64,000 bases of DNA, from positions 620,001 to 684,000 of the forward strand of contig NC_043021.1 in assembly GCF_006345805.1 (NCBI RefSeq), read 5' to 3'. Numbering within the stretch: position 1 is the stretch's first letter; each line of letters starts with the position of its first letter. A program made the position numbers and the translations under genes. This stretch comes from Octopus sinensis. Its lineage: Eukaryota. The notes beneath the pieces are model-generated. The model did not search any database. It saw only the letters and a list, made by a program, of their open reading frames with translations, and had not been told where the DNA came from. Shown here piece after piece: positions 13,444 through 25,790 of the stretch.

Positions 13444-14280
13444 CTTGCAAAACAAATTCATAAATAAATAGACAGACGGACGGACAGATATGCATATGTG
13501 TGTGCACATATATGTGAGTGTGTGCACACACATATGCATATATGACACACACACACTCTTTTTTCAGAAATCCCCACAATAATGTACTCAAATGAAATGC
13601 ATCTATCTATCTGTCTGTCTGTCTGTCTGTCTACCTATCTACATAGACAGTCAGACAGACAGACAGACAGATAAATGTTAACACCAAAGATAATTCAGGA
13701 AATGCATAAATCACAGTAAAGTAAAATGACATTTTATGATAGATCAGATATATTAATAGAAGAAGAGAAAGTCTTATGTTGAGAATATCAATGATTAGAC
13801 TGGAATAAACAATAATCCACATCCAAGGAAGGTTGAAAGCAACAAAGAAAATATCTTTCTCAATAACAACTGTATTAAGGATTGTTTCTGCCTTGTCTAA
13901 GTTGCAGTAATTGAAAAGAGAGAGAGCCAAAATGATATAATAATAATAATAATAGTAACTATATATATATATATGAGATAATATATATATGTATATGAGA
14001 CAGAGATGAAAAAGTTAAAAAATAAAGCAAAAACAATTGAGCATTATTTTTGCCTGAGAAATTCAGAGAATGCAGACTATGACAATTTCAAATAAAAGAA
14101 AATTTTTAAAAATAATAATAAATGTAAATGAACATAAAATAAATACAATGAGTTGTCACAGTATATTATTGTAGCTTTGTACGATGGCATTGTTATTATT
14201 ATTATTAAAATGAACTATTTTTTTTTTAATGTTGCAAAGAAAATGATAAGTAAAGGAGAAAACATGAAAAAGCAACCAAC

Positions 14281-14320
14281 CTGCCGACACACCGACCAAT
14301 TGCTGTCGTCGTGTTGGCAT
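14281..14320 (-). CDS. candidate alternative first coding exon (MPTRRQQLVGVSA, phase 1)
   Basis: CpG-rich patch in CpG-poor DNA, ATG at 14320-14318, GCAG|gttggt donor; joins in frame to the 23-nt exon at 11038-11060. Confidence 0.4.
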
Positions 14321-16126
14321 GGTTTCTACTTGATAAGTTGATTAGATTCCAAGAATAACAGAAGACAAGCCAATGTCAATAAACTGTCACTACTGATATT
14401 GTTTGTTCAGAACTGATCACATCAATTTTCTATCAATATTTTTCTGATTGAACCCAGAAGCATTGTGTTTGCAAGCACAACCTACTTATAAATGTTTACC
14501 TTATTAATAAATTGCAGTGGATGTATTTTAAGCAGGTAAAATACACCCAACAAAGATCTGGGAAGCAAAATGTTTAAAACAGATAAACTTTGAGATAAAC
14601 TCAGATGTGGAATTAAAATACATTTGAAAAAAAAACAGGTTCATGCAGAATGAAAGACGGAATTATCTGACCAAAAGTGCTGGGGGAATATTAGACTAAA
14701 GGCAGCACCAAGAGCAGGGAAAACAATGATTCACTGATGTTTGGAATAAGACTGAAACATGCTCAGAGTTGTTTCTGGTTTTGCTGCAAAACTGAAAACA
14801 TTAGTCACTGACTGATATATTTTTTTCTCTCACCATAAATAATATTTAGCTAATTAGGTAAATATGGGATCCCAAAATAAAATCATAGAAATCAGTTACT
14901 CACTTCACATTAATTAAATAAAAAAGAAAACTAAACTAGGATCCTTTATGAAGAGGAGTTAACAACTCGTGTACTGAATGTATACTAACAGATTTACCCC
15001 AATCCCCACTGGAGCAACAGGCAGGCATGCAGACACACACACACACACTAACTTGTCTAGACCAAAGGATTGCTAAACTGAGGTGTTTGAAGAAAGAATG
15101 CACCTTAATAATTGATACACACTAGATAATCACCATACCTGTTGAGACACAAAAAAAATCTGAAAAACCTTAATATTTAAAGGTTATCTGAACACGGAAG
15201 GGACATTGAAAAGCACAAGTCACTGTTCAATTATTCTATTTCATTTACAACATGCTACAAAGCAGGTGACCAGCCTAAACAAACATTAATCACACTGATA
15301 AATATCTCATGCCACGTTATTGACAGATATACAATTGTTGGCTGCCCAAAAATGAGTGTGTCCTGGTTTTTAGAAAAGATACATTATATGCCTGTGTGTC
15401 GAAAGAGGTAACTGGAAGGGCATTCAACAGTAAGCCATTGCCTCAAAAAGGTAACATCCAGAGGCTATTTGATTTTGAAAATTCAAGACATTTGCTTAAT
15501 TATCAGATTCCAAAATTGATTGGTATTTGATAAGCTTTTCTCCAATTTTTACTCATTTTATAAATTTTCCTGAAATTTTGATTTTTTTTTTATGCCAAAT
15601 ATATTAACAATATCCTTTTGAGAGCATTTTACTTTTTAGGGGTATGGCAGGGCAAGGGACAGCAGTAATATAACTAACAAAGTTACAATGTACTGGAATG
15701 ACACTGCCAACAAGCCCTTAAACACTACCATAGCTATATTTTTAACCAAATTATGATAAAAATGATATCATACTCAGTTAAAATCACATCCACGATTATA
15801 TTAATCAAATAATAAAGATGCAGATCAAATACTTCTATTCTGTTCATATGAATGCATTATTCATGGGAAACCAACTGAATTTAAATAAGTTTCTTAAATA
15901 GACAAGCAGCCTCAGGGAAATGACATAAGCACCTCTCCAAGGTCAGCAGAAAACATTTGTAATGAAACAAAAATTAAGGAATTCGCAAAATGCTTTCAAA
16001 AATAATAACCAACATTTAAACCTTTCCCATCAAAACTGTTCATTACTTTCAACCCTTTACTAAAACCCACTGAAATTAGTTTATTAAATCCAACAATACA
16101 CACTGCTCTAACTCAATCAGTCACTA

Positions 16127-16392
16127 ACCCAATGGTTCTCAACCAGTCCTAACGGTCACAATGGACCCTTAGGGATCCACTTAAGATTTTGCTGTTAAAA
16201 TTTATCTGCAATAAACTGGTTATACTTTTACAATACAAAATATTTTAACAACTGTTTTTATACAATTCCTAAAACTATTTAATTATAAAAGTATAATCGG
16301 ATTTTCTTGAACATCAAAATGTCTAAGAAGGTCCATCCAAGTAAAACAGAAATGAAAGGGGTCCATAGGTATAAACTTGTTGGGAACCAGCA
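16127..16392. mobile_element. non-autonomous hAT-like MITE
   Basis: Ends caatggttctcaacc ... gttgggaaccagc resemble Charlie-type CAGTGGTTCTCAAC TIRs. No clean TSD. Confidence 0.5.
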
Positions 16393-17060
16393 CACAAGCC
16401 TTTATTATTCTACTTTGTATTAAAGGTGTTGACTCTTTAAGTCTATGGTGTGGACACTAATGAGACGCCAATAGACAGCCTACTGCACCAAACATAAAAT
16501 CACTTTTCTTAAAAGCTATCAACTATTTTAGCACTTAAATAAAAAGAAAAAACATGAAAGTAGTGAACTATTTTTAGAAGACCTTTATTCTTGGCAACCA
16601 AATATATTTTTAGAGAAAAACTCTCTAAAGAATGAAATATACTTTTAAAGAAGAATTCTTTATAACATTTGTTCTTCAGAACGACATAGAAATATTCTCC
16701 AGCTTAAGACATTATGTAATAAACTATTAACTACTTTGTAGCTTGGTGGAGAGAATAAGCCAAATATAATTCCTTACTCAAAGACAATATCAGTAAGACA
16801 GAGTGAAGTACCAAAGTAGCTGAATGAATTATGACAGAGGATGTCAAACATTCAGCCCAAAGCAATGTTTTGTCTTCCACCACCACCACCACCACCAGTT
16901 CAATAAGAAATAAAATATTCTTTAGAATGTATATTGCTAGCATGCATTCAGAATAGGAGACAAACAAGATTAACACCGATTCCAGAGAAACAGATCAGTG
17001 CAGCTTAGAGAATCTTTTGTTACCTCAATCAAAAAAAAAAAAAAAAGAAACTTGCCTTAC

Positions 17061-17090
17061 CTGTGCTCTTATACACAAGTGAGATGTGAG
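17061..17090 (-). CDS. candidate 30-nt symmetric microexon
   Basis: ctatcatctttgtaatag| acceptor and CAG|gtaagg donor; open in phase 0 (LTSHLCIRAQ) and phase 1 (HISLVYKST). Confidence 0.25.
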
Positions 17091-17109
17091 CTATTACAAA
17101 GATGATAGA

Positions 17110-17400
17110 ACATCATCTGGGCATGATGCAGTGCCATGGAAAGATCCATACTGAGAATATCATTACAAGAGCACATTCAAAATGAGATAATTTGAGAACA
17201 AAGTGGGGTGAATAATGTGAGAGTAGCAAAAGCACAAGTTCCACTGGGCCAGACATGGAATGGTGCAGCTGCTGAGTGGTATCCAAGAGATCAGAAAAGG
17301 CCTCCATGAAGACAATTTAGTTAAGCAACTTGAGATGATAAAGAACCGCACAATCAAAACAAAATTGGAAGCACATTGTGACTAGTGGTGAATAACAGCA
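17110..17400 (+). mobile_element. decayed RTE-clade LINE, ORF C-terminal region
   Basis: AMERSILRISLQEHIQNEII*EQSGV...EWYPRDQKRPP resembles the RTE C-terminal motif AMERSMLGI.L.D.IRNE.IR..TGV...EW.PR..KR.RGRP. Confidence 0.7.
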
Positions 17401-17479
17401 CCTGATCATCTGGTGAACATTGTGATTTATCCATATACAAAAAGACTTATTTCCTTTTCACTTTGACTATACACGATGA

Positions 17480-18000
17480 GTGAACACAAGTTTCATTCTC
17501 CCCAATTCTCACCCCCTTACACCTATCACTCCCCTATTTATGGTACTACTCAGCTGATGCAATCACCTGAGAGCCAAATTGGCACATATAACATTCCCTT
17601 CCTTCTGGTTACCTCCATTGCTCCTCCCCTACTTCTTGGAACCACTTTGATTTCTCGTTACCCTCCCTTTCTCACACTATTTCTACCAATCACCTCCTTC
17701 TGTACCTTCAGGCCCTGACCCCTCTCCATTGCTATACTCCTCCATTCATCATGCTTCACTTACTGTAACAGCCCCTTATATCCCTCCGTATCTCCCTCAC
17801 CTCTGCCCCTACTCTTTGCTACTTTCTGATCTATTCTCCTCCTTGAACCACTCCTATATATCTCTCACCTTCCACCTCTTCATGCAGATATTTCCCTCAC
17901 CCACACACTACACCCCTCTTGTTCATTACTCTCTACATTCACTGTCACCTCCATCTTTCACCACCTTAGTTTGAAAGCATCCATTCTCTCCTATCCTCCC
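17480..18000. repeat. pyrimidine-rich low-complexity tract (probable retroelement UTR relic)
   Basis: About 500 bp with strong C/T strand bias and almost no G. Confidence 0.5.
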
Positions 18001-20134
18001 ATGGTGGTTTTTATGTGTTACCAGCACAGCCTCATCATGATCGTTTCATGTCTGCATTCCATGGATGAGACAGTCTGACAAGAGCTGGCCAGGCAGAAAC
18101 CTGCACCAGACTTCTGGAACTGTTCTGGCAGGATTTTTACAGATGGATGCAGTCCTGCAGCTTGGCAAATCTTGTTAACCCATCCAACCCATGCCAGCAT
18201 CGAAAGTGGACGTTAAGTGGTGATGATGATGATGTTTGTCCAAATGGATTCTCTAAGTATGAAAGGTTTTGCAGCTGAAACAGTGCAAGCTTTCTCTAAC
18301 AAGCATCAGTTTTCTCAAGAACCATATACATTTCTTTGGACAATTTCCATCTGTTTTCACTCTAAAGACTTTGGCTTTATAGGACTGTGTGTACGCTATG
18401 CTGATGAGTTTCTCCTATACATCTCTGCACACAAACTTTACTGACATCTCTAAATTCTTGCCTTTTTTTATTGTTCATAAAGTTATAATATACATTGACC
18501 CTTTTATCAATTTACTATGGCCTACGTTATAAACAGACTTTTAAGAACAATTGTCCCTATTTGGCCCATTTGTTCAATTCAGCCCACAAGGTCCACTTTA
18601 TGCTTCAATTCTGCAAAACCAAACAAGTTTGACAGTCTTGAATTAAGACACTATCCTCTCAGCTGAAGAGAGCTTGATGAAGTGTCAAAATGACTTATTT
18701 CATTCAACTGATCTGAATGTGTCGTTGATCTGAGTGTCACAGAATATTGGTCAACTTGGGGTAAGCTAAATGTGCACTTAGGCTTTGATTCCCAGTTATG
18801 TTACACCACTTCCTTGTATTTGTAAAGTTCAGTCACAGAGTGAATAATCTAAAGGTCCTTTAAAAGCTGAGCTGCTCTTAAATACATTCTATGAAGATCA
18901 AGCTGCCAGTCGTGACCAGACAATCCTTTTAAGAATTATACAACAATTTTATTAAAAAGCACTCACTACACTCTCAGAGTGGTTGGCTTTAGGAAGGGCA
19001 ACCAGCTGTAGAAACATTGCCAGATCAGATTAGAGCCTGGTGCAGTTGCTAGTTCTCCAGACCTCAGCCCATGCCATCATGGAAAACAAACGTTAAACAA
19101 TGATGATGATGATGGTGGTGATGATTGAAATTTATTTTAAAGTTAACAGAGGATTGAAAGACAGAATTAGACCCTGCTGGAACTGAACTTGGAACCAAGA
19201 TAGTCATCACAATATACCACAACACATTACAAGAGCAATCTCTACTTGTCTAAACACACGAAAGAATATTAGCAGCAATCACAAGACTTTAAAGCCATTA
19301 TGTTAAGACATCAGGTGGTACAGCTGGCTTAGTAATAGATTCTACTGATGCCAGCTGAATCTAGTTTAGAGTAGTATTTGTTCTAATACACCGTTTCCAA
19401 CACTGGTTTTTTTTTTTTTCCTTCAATACATACACCAGTTTTGTTGCTGTCAATTGTATATAAAACACATTATTTCTACGGGATGCATTCAATGAATGAG
19501 CAGAATAAATTCAAACAAACCCATTGTAACAAATAAGTTATTCAACAAGACTAATTATAAATCAAATTCTATGTCAGTCTATTTTGTTTCCATTAGTTAT
19601 AACTTTTACATCTTCCTCTTCATCATCATTATAGTCAAATTTACTCTCAACTGCTATTATTAGTTTTGTATTTATGTATAATTATTTTTAAATACATTTT
19701 TATATTATAAGTATAGACATTTTTATAGATTATGTATGCAAGCCACAAAACTTTATTGCTTTGGCGTATATCTCAATATTGAACATTGAAAACCCAGCAA
19801 GGGTTATTTGTGAATTATGGCCAGCTTCTACATGCTTCAAGCAACAAAATTCTATTTATAAGGTATTGGTCAATCCTGGGCCCCCAAGGCTATTGAAGGA
19901 AACACAAGCTTAGAGCGTCATATGGTAGGAGTGAACTGAGAATAACATGACTGCAAAGTACATTTCTTAACCACACAACAATGCCTGCATCGTGTGTGTG
20001 TGTATCTGGCAGGTAGATAGGTAGATAGATAGGTAGATAGATAGGTAGATAGATTTTTACACTAGCACAGTAGTTAAGAAAAAACTGTCTAGCTCTAGCT
20101 TAGATCCCTTTCTAATACATGTGCTGATGTGTGT

Positions 20135-20166
<32 letters not shown>

Positions 20167-20599
20167 ATGTATAAATATATATACATACAGAGTATTTTTT
20201 TAAAAAAGCATTATCTAATTTTAATCTATTAATTGTTAAATAAATACAAAACCTTTCATAAATATTTCTTTTGTTAAACCTGTACAGCTTCAGCAATTAC
20301 TGTTGCTATGGAAATACTCTAAGTATTTATAAACATCTTTATTTCATCCTGTTTTCACTGAAGAAATCATTGTATCAGATTTATAAATATAATTGAATCG
20401 TATAAATATTTCTGGAGAATCTGTATTGGTAGCTGTCTAGACACACACACACACACAAGCACATGCACACAAAGAAATGTATGTATGTATGTACATATAT
20501 GCCTGCATATACATACGTGCATTGAAACAAACTACATGGTGACAGATGGGCAAACAGGAAGGGGCAAAGGAATCTGGGGTTGTACCAAGCAGCTCCCCA

Positions 20600-20900
20600 T
20601 CAACAGTGGGGTGTAGTGTTGTTCAAGTTAACCAAGTTACACTATCAGGAGGTGTTTGAGTCTGTTCCTTACACATAGACACTAGAGTCACTATGCCTTA
20701 CCAAAGTCCCATCTGCTTAGACAATAATATGGTCCATACAGCTGAAGTTATAACTCTAATCAGAAACAGAATTAGGTTATTGACAAGAATACTTCAGAGA
20801 GACTGATTGTCTGTAATGCTTTTCATTGTGGCAGTGAACCTGTTGTCAGCCCTGCTGAGGAACTGTCAAGGCTTCCATAGAGGAGGAAAATATTGTCACC
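20600..20900 (+). mobile_element. decayed R4/Dong-clade non-LTR retrotransposon RT fragment
   Basis: IRLLTRILQRD*LSVMLFIVAVNLLSALLRNCQGF (20771-20877) resembles the R4-type I..GI.QGDSLS..LF....NPLS.LL...GY. Confidence 0.55.
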
Positions 20901-21736
20901 CAAAATCAATGACCTGATATTGCACTATAGGACAGGGAACAAAAATCATGCACCATTGTAGAGGTCCCATGCCCAACAGATATGAGTTATCAAAAAAATT
21001 AGAATTTCTATAATGCATTAATGAGGAACTTACAGCTATTATACCAAGGCCAGAGGTTTTCATTTGGACATTTTATCAAAGGTGTACTGGATTATATAAC
21101 AGATTTGCATAAAAGCCTGGAAATGCTGGAATTTTCAAAGAAAGAAGAAAGAAAACTGATTTGTATCGTCCAAATATAAAGTATTAGGAGTAAAAGTTTG
21201 TAAAACTTTCTGTTGGAATTTCCAGCAATGAATATATGCCAACAATCACATGTGCATATGGCACACATGCACATGTGCATGCACACAGTAATCAGATATA
21301 TTTTAAAGGGGTATGCACATCCATTACATGAATGCAGGTATATTTACACATGCACTTATAAGTGTAAACACAGGTTTCCAAATCCCTGGAACTGACTGAA
21401 ACACTTGCTAATGACCAGCTTGAATATCACAAGGAAGAACTTAAATATGATGGTTAACATAAGACCTGAACATATGTTCAGATGGTGGTCAGATGTCCAG
21501 CCACTTAACTTCTCAGCTGATGTAATTAATTGAAGTGATCTGTATGGAGATATCTCTCTGCCAGTTACCAAAGAACAACACTGAATGACTGGAATTTATT
21601 GTGAACTATTTGAGCGAATGAGAATTATTCTCTTGTATGACTTACTTCAAATTTTGGACCAGGTGCTGAACCCTCTAGAATCTATTCCAATTTAAGACTA
21701 GCAGTGACACAACTGATGATAATTCTATTCTATGAC

Positions 21737-21780
<44 letters not shown>

Positions 21781-21786
<6 letters not shown>

Positions 21787-22030
21787 GTGATGAATGTATT
21801 GTCATCTAAATTACAAAATGAAAATGAAAGTAACACTGACATCTCATTTTAACAGATATATTTACCAAAATTACATAAAAATATCCTGAAATACTAAAGA
21901 GTAAATTTATTCAATAAAATCACCACTGGCTTCAACCATAACCTCCAAACGACTTTGGAATTTCCTCCAACTCTTCTGGATGGTCGCCTTTAAGTTGGTG
22001 AATGCTGCTATAATGCTTGTCTTCTCTCCA
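21781..22030 (-). mobile_element. one-ended fragment of the same maT/mariner family as 2212-3083
   Basis: agggtgtgatgaat...aacactgacatctcattttaacagatatatttaccaaaattaca...aagttggtgaatgctgctataat matches 2213-2440; adjoins (TA)n. Confidence 0.85.
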
Positions 22031-22412
22031 AATATATATATATTCTACAGTTTGCAGGAGATGACTGTGAATGTGAAACTCAACAGAGTGGAATCAATTT
22101 GTTGCTTGGTAGTTGTTGTGGTGGTGGTAGTTGCTGTTGTGTTGGCAAATGAAAATGTATTTCTTGGCAGAGTGAAGAAGTAACTGACAACACTCGCAAA
22201 TAATTACCATATGGTGGTCTCTGTGTTAGTCTTTTACAAATACTAACAACAATAATTACACTGTGGGAGAGATGGAAGAATAGCACCACATCGAGAGATG
22301 ATACGTGTGAGACATTGTGTGAATGTTTAGTTGAGTCTGTCCAAGATGTCAGCATGAATGTCCCTGGCAAGAGCTGGAAGCGTATTTCACTCAGCCACCT
22401 TCAATGCTCTAC

Positions 22413-22450
22413 CTGTGAGACGTGTAAATGAGTCGGATGGTCTCAACACC
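22413..22450 (-). CDS. candidate 38-nt exon (VLRPSDSFTRLT if phase 2 to 1; GVETIRLIYTSH if phase 0 to 2)
   Basis: ccaactctttgcag| acceptor and CAG|gtagag donor, with two open frames. Confidence 0.35.
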
Positions 22451-23559
22451 CTGCAAAGAGTTGGCACCAAAAAGGATTCTTTTATAGGGAACCAAAAGAA
22501 GATTCTAGAAAATTGAATCACGTGATGGCTTGATGCTGATTGTTTGCTTAATAGACATATCTTGTGGAAATTGGGGTTTGCTTGTGATATCTGACCATGT
22601 ATTCAGAGATTTGGTTATGAATGCCTGCTACAACTTTGTACATGGTTAGAATTGCAGTTCAATGAATATAACATTGTGGTCAATCTGCAGCAATATGGCA
22701 TATACTGGACAGTTGACATTAAAATAACATTAACAGATATCTAAATAAACTATATCAAGAGCTCAACATTCTACAGATAAAACACAGTCTATTAAAACCT
22801 TAAGTGTTTTGATTGTAAGATTAAAAGTAGACAATTTCAAACAGTTACCACTTAAAACATTTAAGCCATTAAACAGGTCATTGAAAATGTTTTAATTAAA
22901 AGATCTTAGGAAAAAAAAGAAAAAAAACCTGAAAATTCTAAAATGGAATCAATACATTAACATGTTAAGTTTGGAAATAAGAAATTGAAATAAAAATAGC
23001 ATTTTCTTAATGAGAAACAATTAAAGATAACAGCAAAATAAAGAATAAGTGTTTAGCGGTAACTGTCTGGTAAATTACTGATAGACTTTGTTTGGGGGAA
23101 GAATTGTGTGTGTGTGTATGTGTGTGTGTCTGTGTGTGTGCGCGTGTTTGTGCATGTCTGTGCATGTATGTGTGTCTGTGCATATGTGTGTGTGTGTGCA
23201 AACTCAAGCACACACTGGCAGAAAAATCAGACAACCATGCGGAGAGACCGTTGTATTTTCTTCCAGAGTTTATCATTGCTGTCTTATTGTTTTGGGTCAA
23301 GAATATAAAAGAGATGCCACTAGAAAAACGTCGGTAGATAATCACTAATCTACATAAAAACATAATACTCTAGGACTAATGACTGTTAATTATTGCTAGT
23401 TGTAAACTATAGATAGAACTACTGGTTTGTAGTGTGATGTAAATAATGAGATGTAGCTTCCTATAATGGAAAGATGTCTTGAAAACTAGTTGTAATGTGG
23501 TGGTGTTCAATCAGATTTAGCTTCCAGAAAACCTAAAGTGCACATAAATATAGGGGTTT

Positions 23560-24500
23560 AGCTGCATTCAGTGTTAATTCAATGATGCCAAATTCCCTTT
23601 CAAGGGATCCTCGAGGCATAGCAGCATTTGTTCATTTGTCATCCAGGCAATGACATGACCTTGCTGCAGGCAATCATCCAGTTGTGCAGCAGTCTTTTCA
23701 TGCAATTGTGCAACATTCTTCAGCCAATAGCCTTGTACTCCCTCTGGGCCTGGTCCTTTCCAATTTGCTATCTTTTTTTAAGTTCTGTCTCACTGTATAT
23801 AGATTAATTTTGATGTCCTTTTGTCTTGGTACAGTTGCAAGTTATCTTTCCACATTTGTTAACCACTCCACTCTTTCTTTATGTTTTGCCAGCCTGTTCC
23901 ACAGCTCTCCCCAAAATTCTTTACTTTCTTCCACATCTAGAATCAGTTCCTGGTGTTGGCTTCCCTCTATTTCCTCAAATAGATGCCTTCTATTTGTTTG
24001 GAACAGTCTATTCTTTTAGTGCTGTCACCTTGTGTACCAATTTTTCATGTACTTTTTGCTTTCCTCTTTCTTCTAACTTGCACTGTCTACTCAATTTTCT
24101 GATTACTATCTTATTCTTGGGTTCTCCTATCATTATCCAATTCAATTATCCCACTTCTTTCCGTGTCTTTTCCGGCTTCATTCGTATTCTCTTCCTCCAG
24201 TTTGGTTCTTTTTCATTTGCTTTTATGCTTCTTGGAATTTCTTCAATCTCTACTCCCGTAATCCAGTAATTCCCAAAGATTGCTCTTGCTTGGTCTATCA
24301 ATCACTCAACGGATGCTTCAAAACCTCCTTTTTCATCCCATATTCTCTTCATTCCATTCATGAACCCTCTTTTATTTGGCTCACTTCTCAGCCAGCTTTC
24401 TATTACTGTTTTGTTTATTTCTTTTACCCATTTCATTTTTTCCCCATTTGCTCTTTGGACTGCAATTTTGGTTCTGATCAATAGCTTGATGACAACCTAC
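23560..24500 (-). mobile_element. decayed R4/Dong-clade non-LTR retrotransposon (pre-RT and RT start)
   Basis: Minus strand IANWKGPGPEGVQGYWLKNVAQLHEK...AWMT...DPLKG (around 23715-23765) matches the NWKAPGPDG.Q.YW.K motif; upstream W(R)KRIR..RKEVG.L segment. Confidence 0.75.
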
Positions 24501-24796
24501 CAGAACTTGATTAGTTACTCCCTGCCTGCCGTGCGCAACACCTTCACTGTTAACAGTTCCAGTCCTGTTAGCGCAGTTGTGGTTATTATTCAATTTTGAC
24601 ATCACTCATCTAGAGGTAGTAATTGTAAGGTTGTGCAATCACCAGTATTTTTACCGTGACACCATCACTAGGTGGGTTGCTAGCCAAGGCTCCAAGAGTC
24701 CACAACTACCCTCGTGTACACTGCTTTAGGTGCCAGTCTCAATCAATCCATTGTTTTATATCTTTGTATTTGACATTTTGACTCATGAGAAAGTAG

Positions 24797-24828
<32 letters not shown>

Positions 24829-25004
24829 AAAGAGTGGTCAGTGGTATATCTGGTCATCTAAGAGAATCTCCAGTTTCATTCCTTTTGGACATTAAAGCTG
24901 CCACACAATGTTCAAAAGCTGACTTTGAAAGAAAGCCTACACTCTTACAATTACCTGATTTTTATTTATTCTTTGTGAAAAATAAACTGCAAAGCAACAT
25001 CAGA

Positions 25005-25046
<42 letters not shown>

Positions 25047-25439
25047 ATATTCAGTAATTATCATTTCATTCACAAACAGCCACATAGAAAGACACACTAC
25101 AATACAACATCTGGATTGTAAAAGAGATTTTGAACATTGGTGCAGTATTAATGAAAATTAATATTTCAAGAAGTAGAATCCAGATTAATTAAATATGGAA
25201 CTGTCTTTTTATTATGTAGTTATCTAATTTATCATTTAACTATTTTATTTGACAACTAGCCATCTATTAGCCATGGGCATATCTAATATGCCATATTAAA
25301 AATGCTAACACTGGCTGCACTTTAACTGTTATGGCAACATCCATTCTTGCATCTTTACAAAGAAAGATGGTTATTAACATCATCATCAGTTATAGTTAAT
25401 AAACTTAGCAGATAAAATCAAATGAAAAAGTTAAGTTAT

Positions 25440-25790
25440 CCAAAGAGGAGGGGAAATTTGTTTCTGGAGAAAGGGTGTGTTTTGTGGGGAGGAAGGAGGA
25501 GGAGAAGGTACATTTGCAGAAGTAGGAGATATGTATATGTGGAAGGAGGAGATAAGTTTGAAAGGTGCAGGGAAGTATGTGAAGTGGAGGGGGAGTATTT
25601 ATGTGGGAGAAGATATGTTTGTAAATGTAAGATATGTTTATGTAGATGGGTGGGTGTGTTTATGTGTAGGAGGAGGAGGAGGAGCCATGTTTATGTGGAA
25701 GAAGAGGCATGTTTATGTAGGGGAGGAGCCATGTATGTGTGGGAAGAAGGAGGAGGTATGTTTATGAGGGGTAGATACATATAGGTTTAT
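25440..25790. repeat. degenerate purine-rich minisatellite (atgtttatgtggaggagg-like units)
   Basis: Repeated tatgt(g)/gaggagg motifs; the ORFs here are low complexity. Confidence 0.7.

Noticed and set aside
17023-17050. Second minus-strand AG|GT juxtaposition after a T-run
   Set aside because: The acceptor is GAG, which is rarely used; too weak to call recursive.
18390-18420. CTGATGAG as a hammerhead core
   Set aside because: No downstream GAAA or stems. It is better read as RYADE, a decayed RT YADD motif.
21466-21481. Perfect 16-bp palindrome CTGAACATATGTTCAG
   Set aside because: Spacing does not match the canonical IR3 steroid response element, and a single short palindrome is weak evidence.
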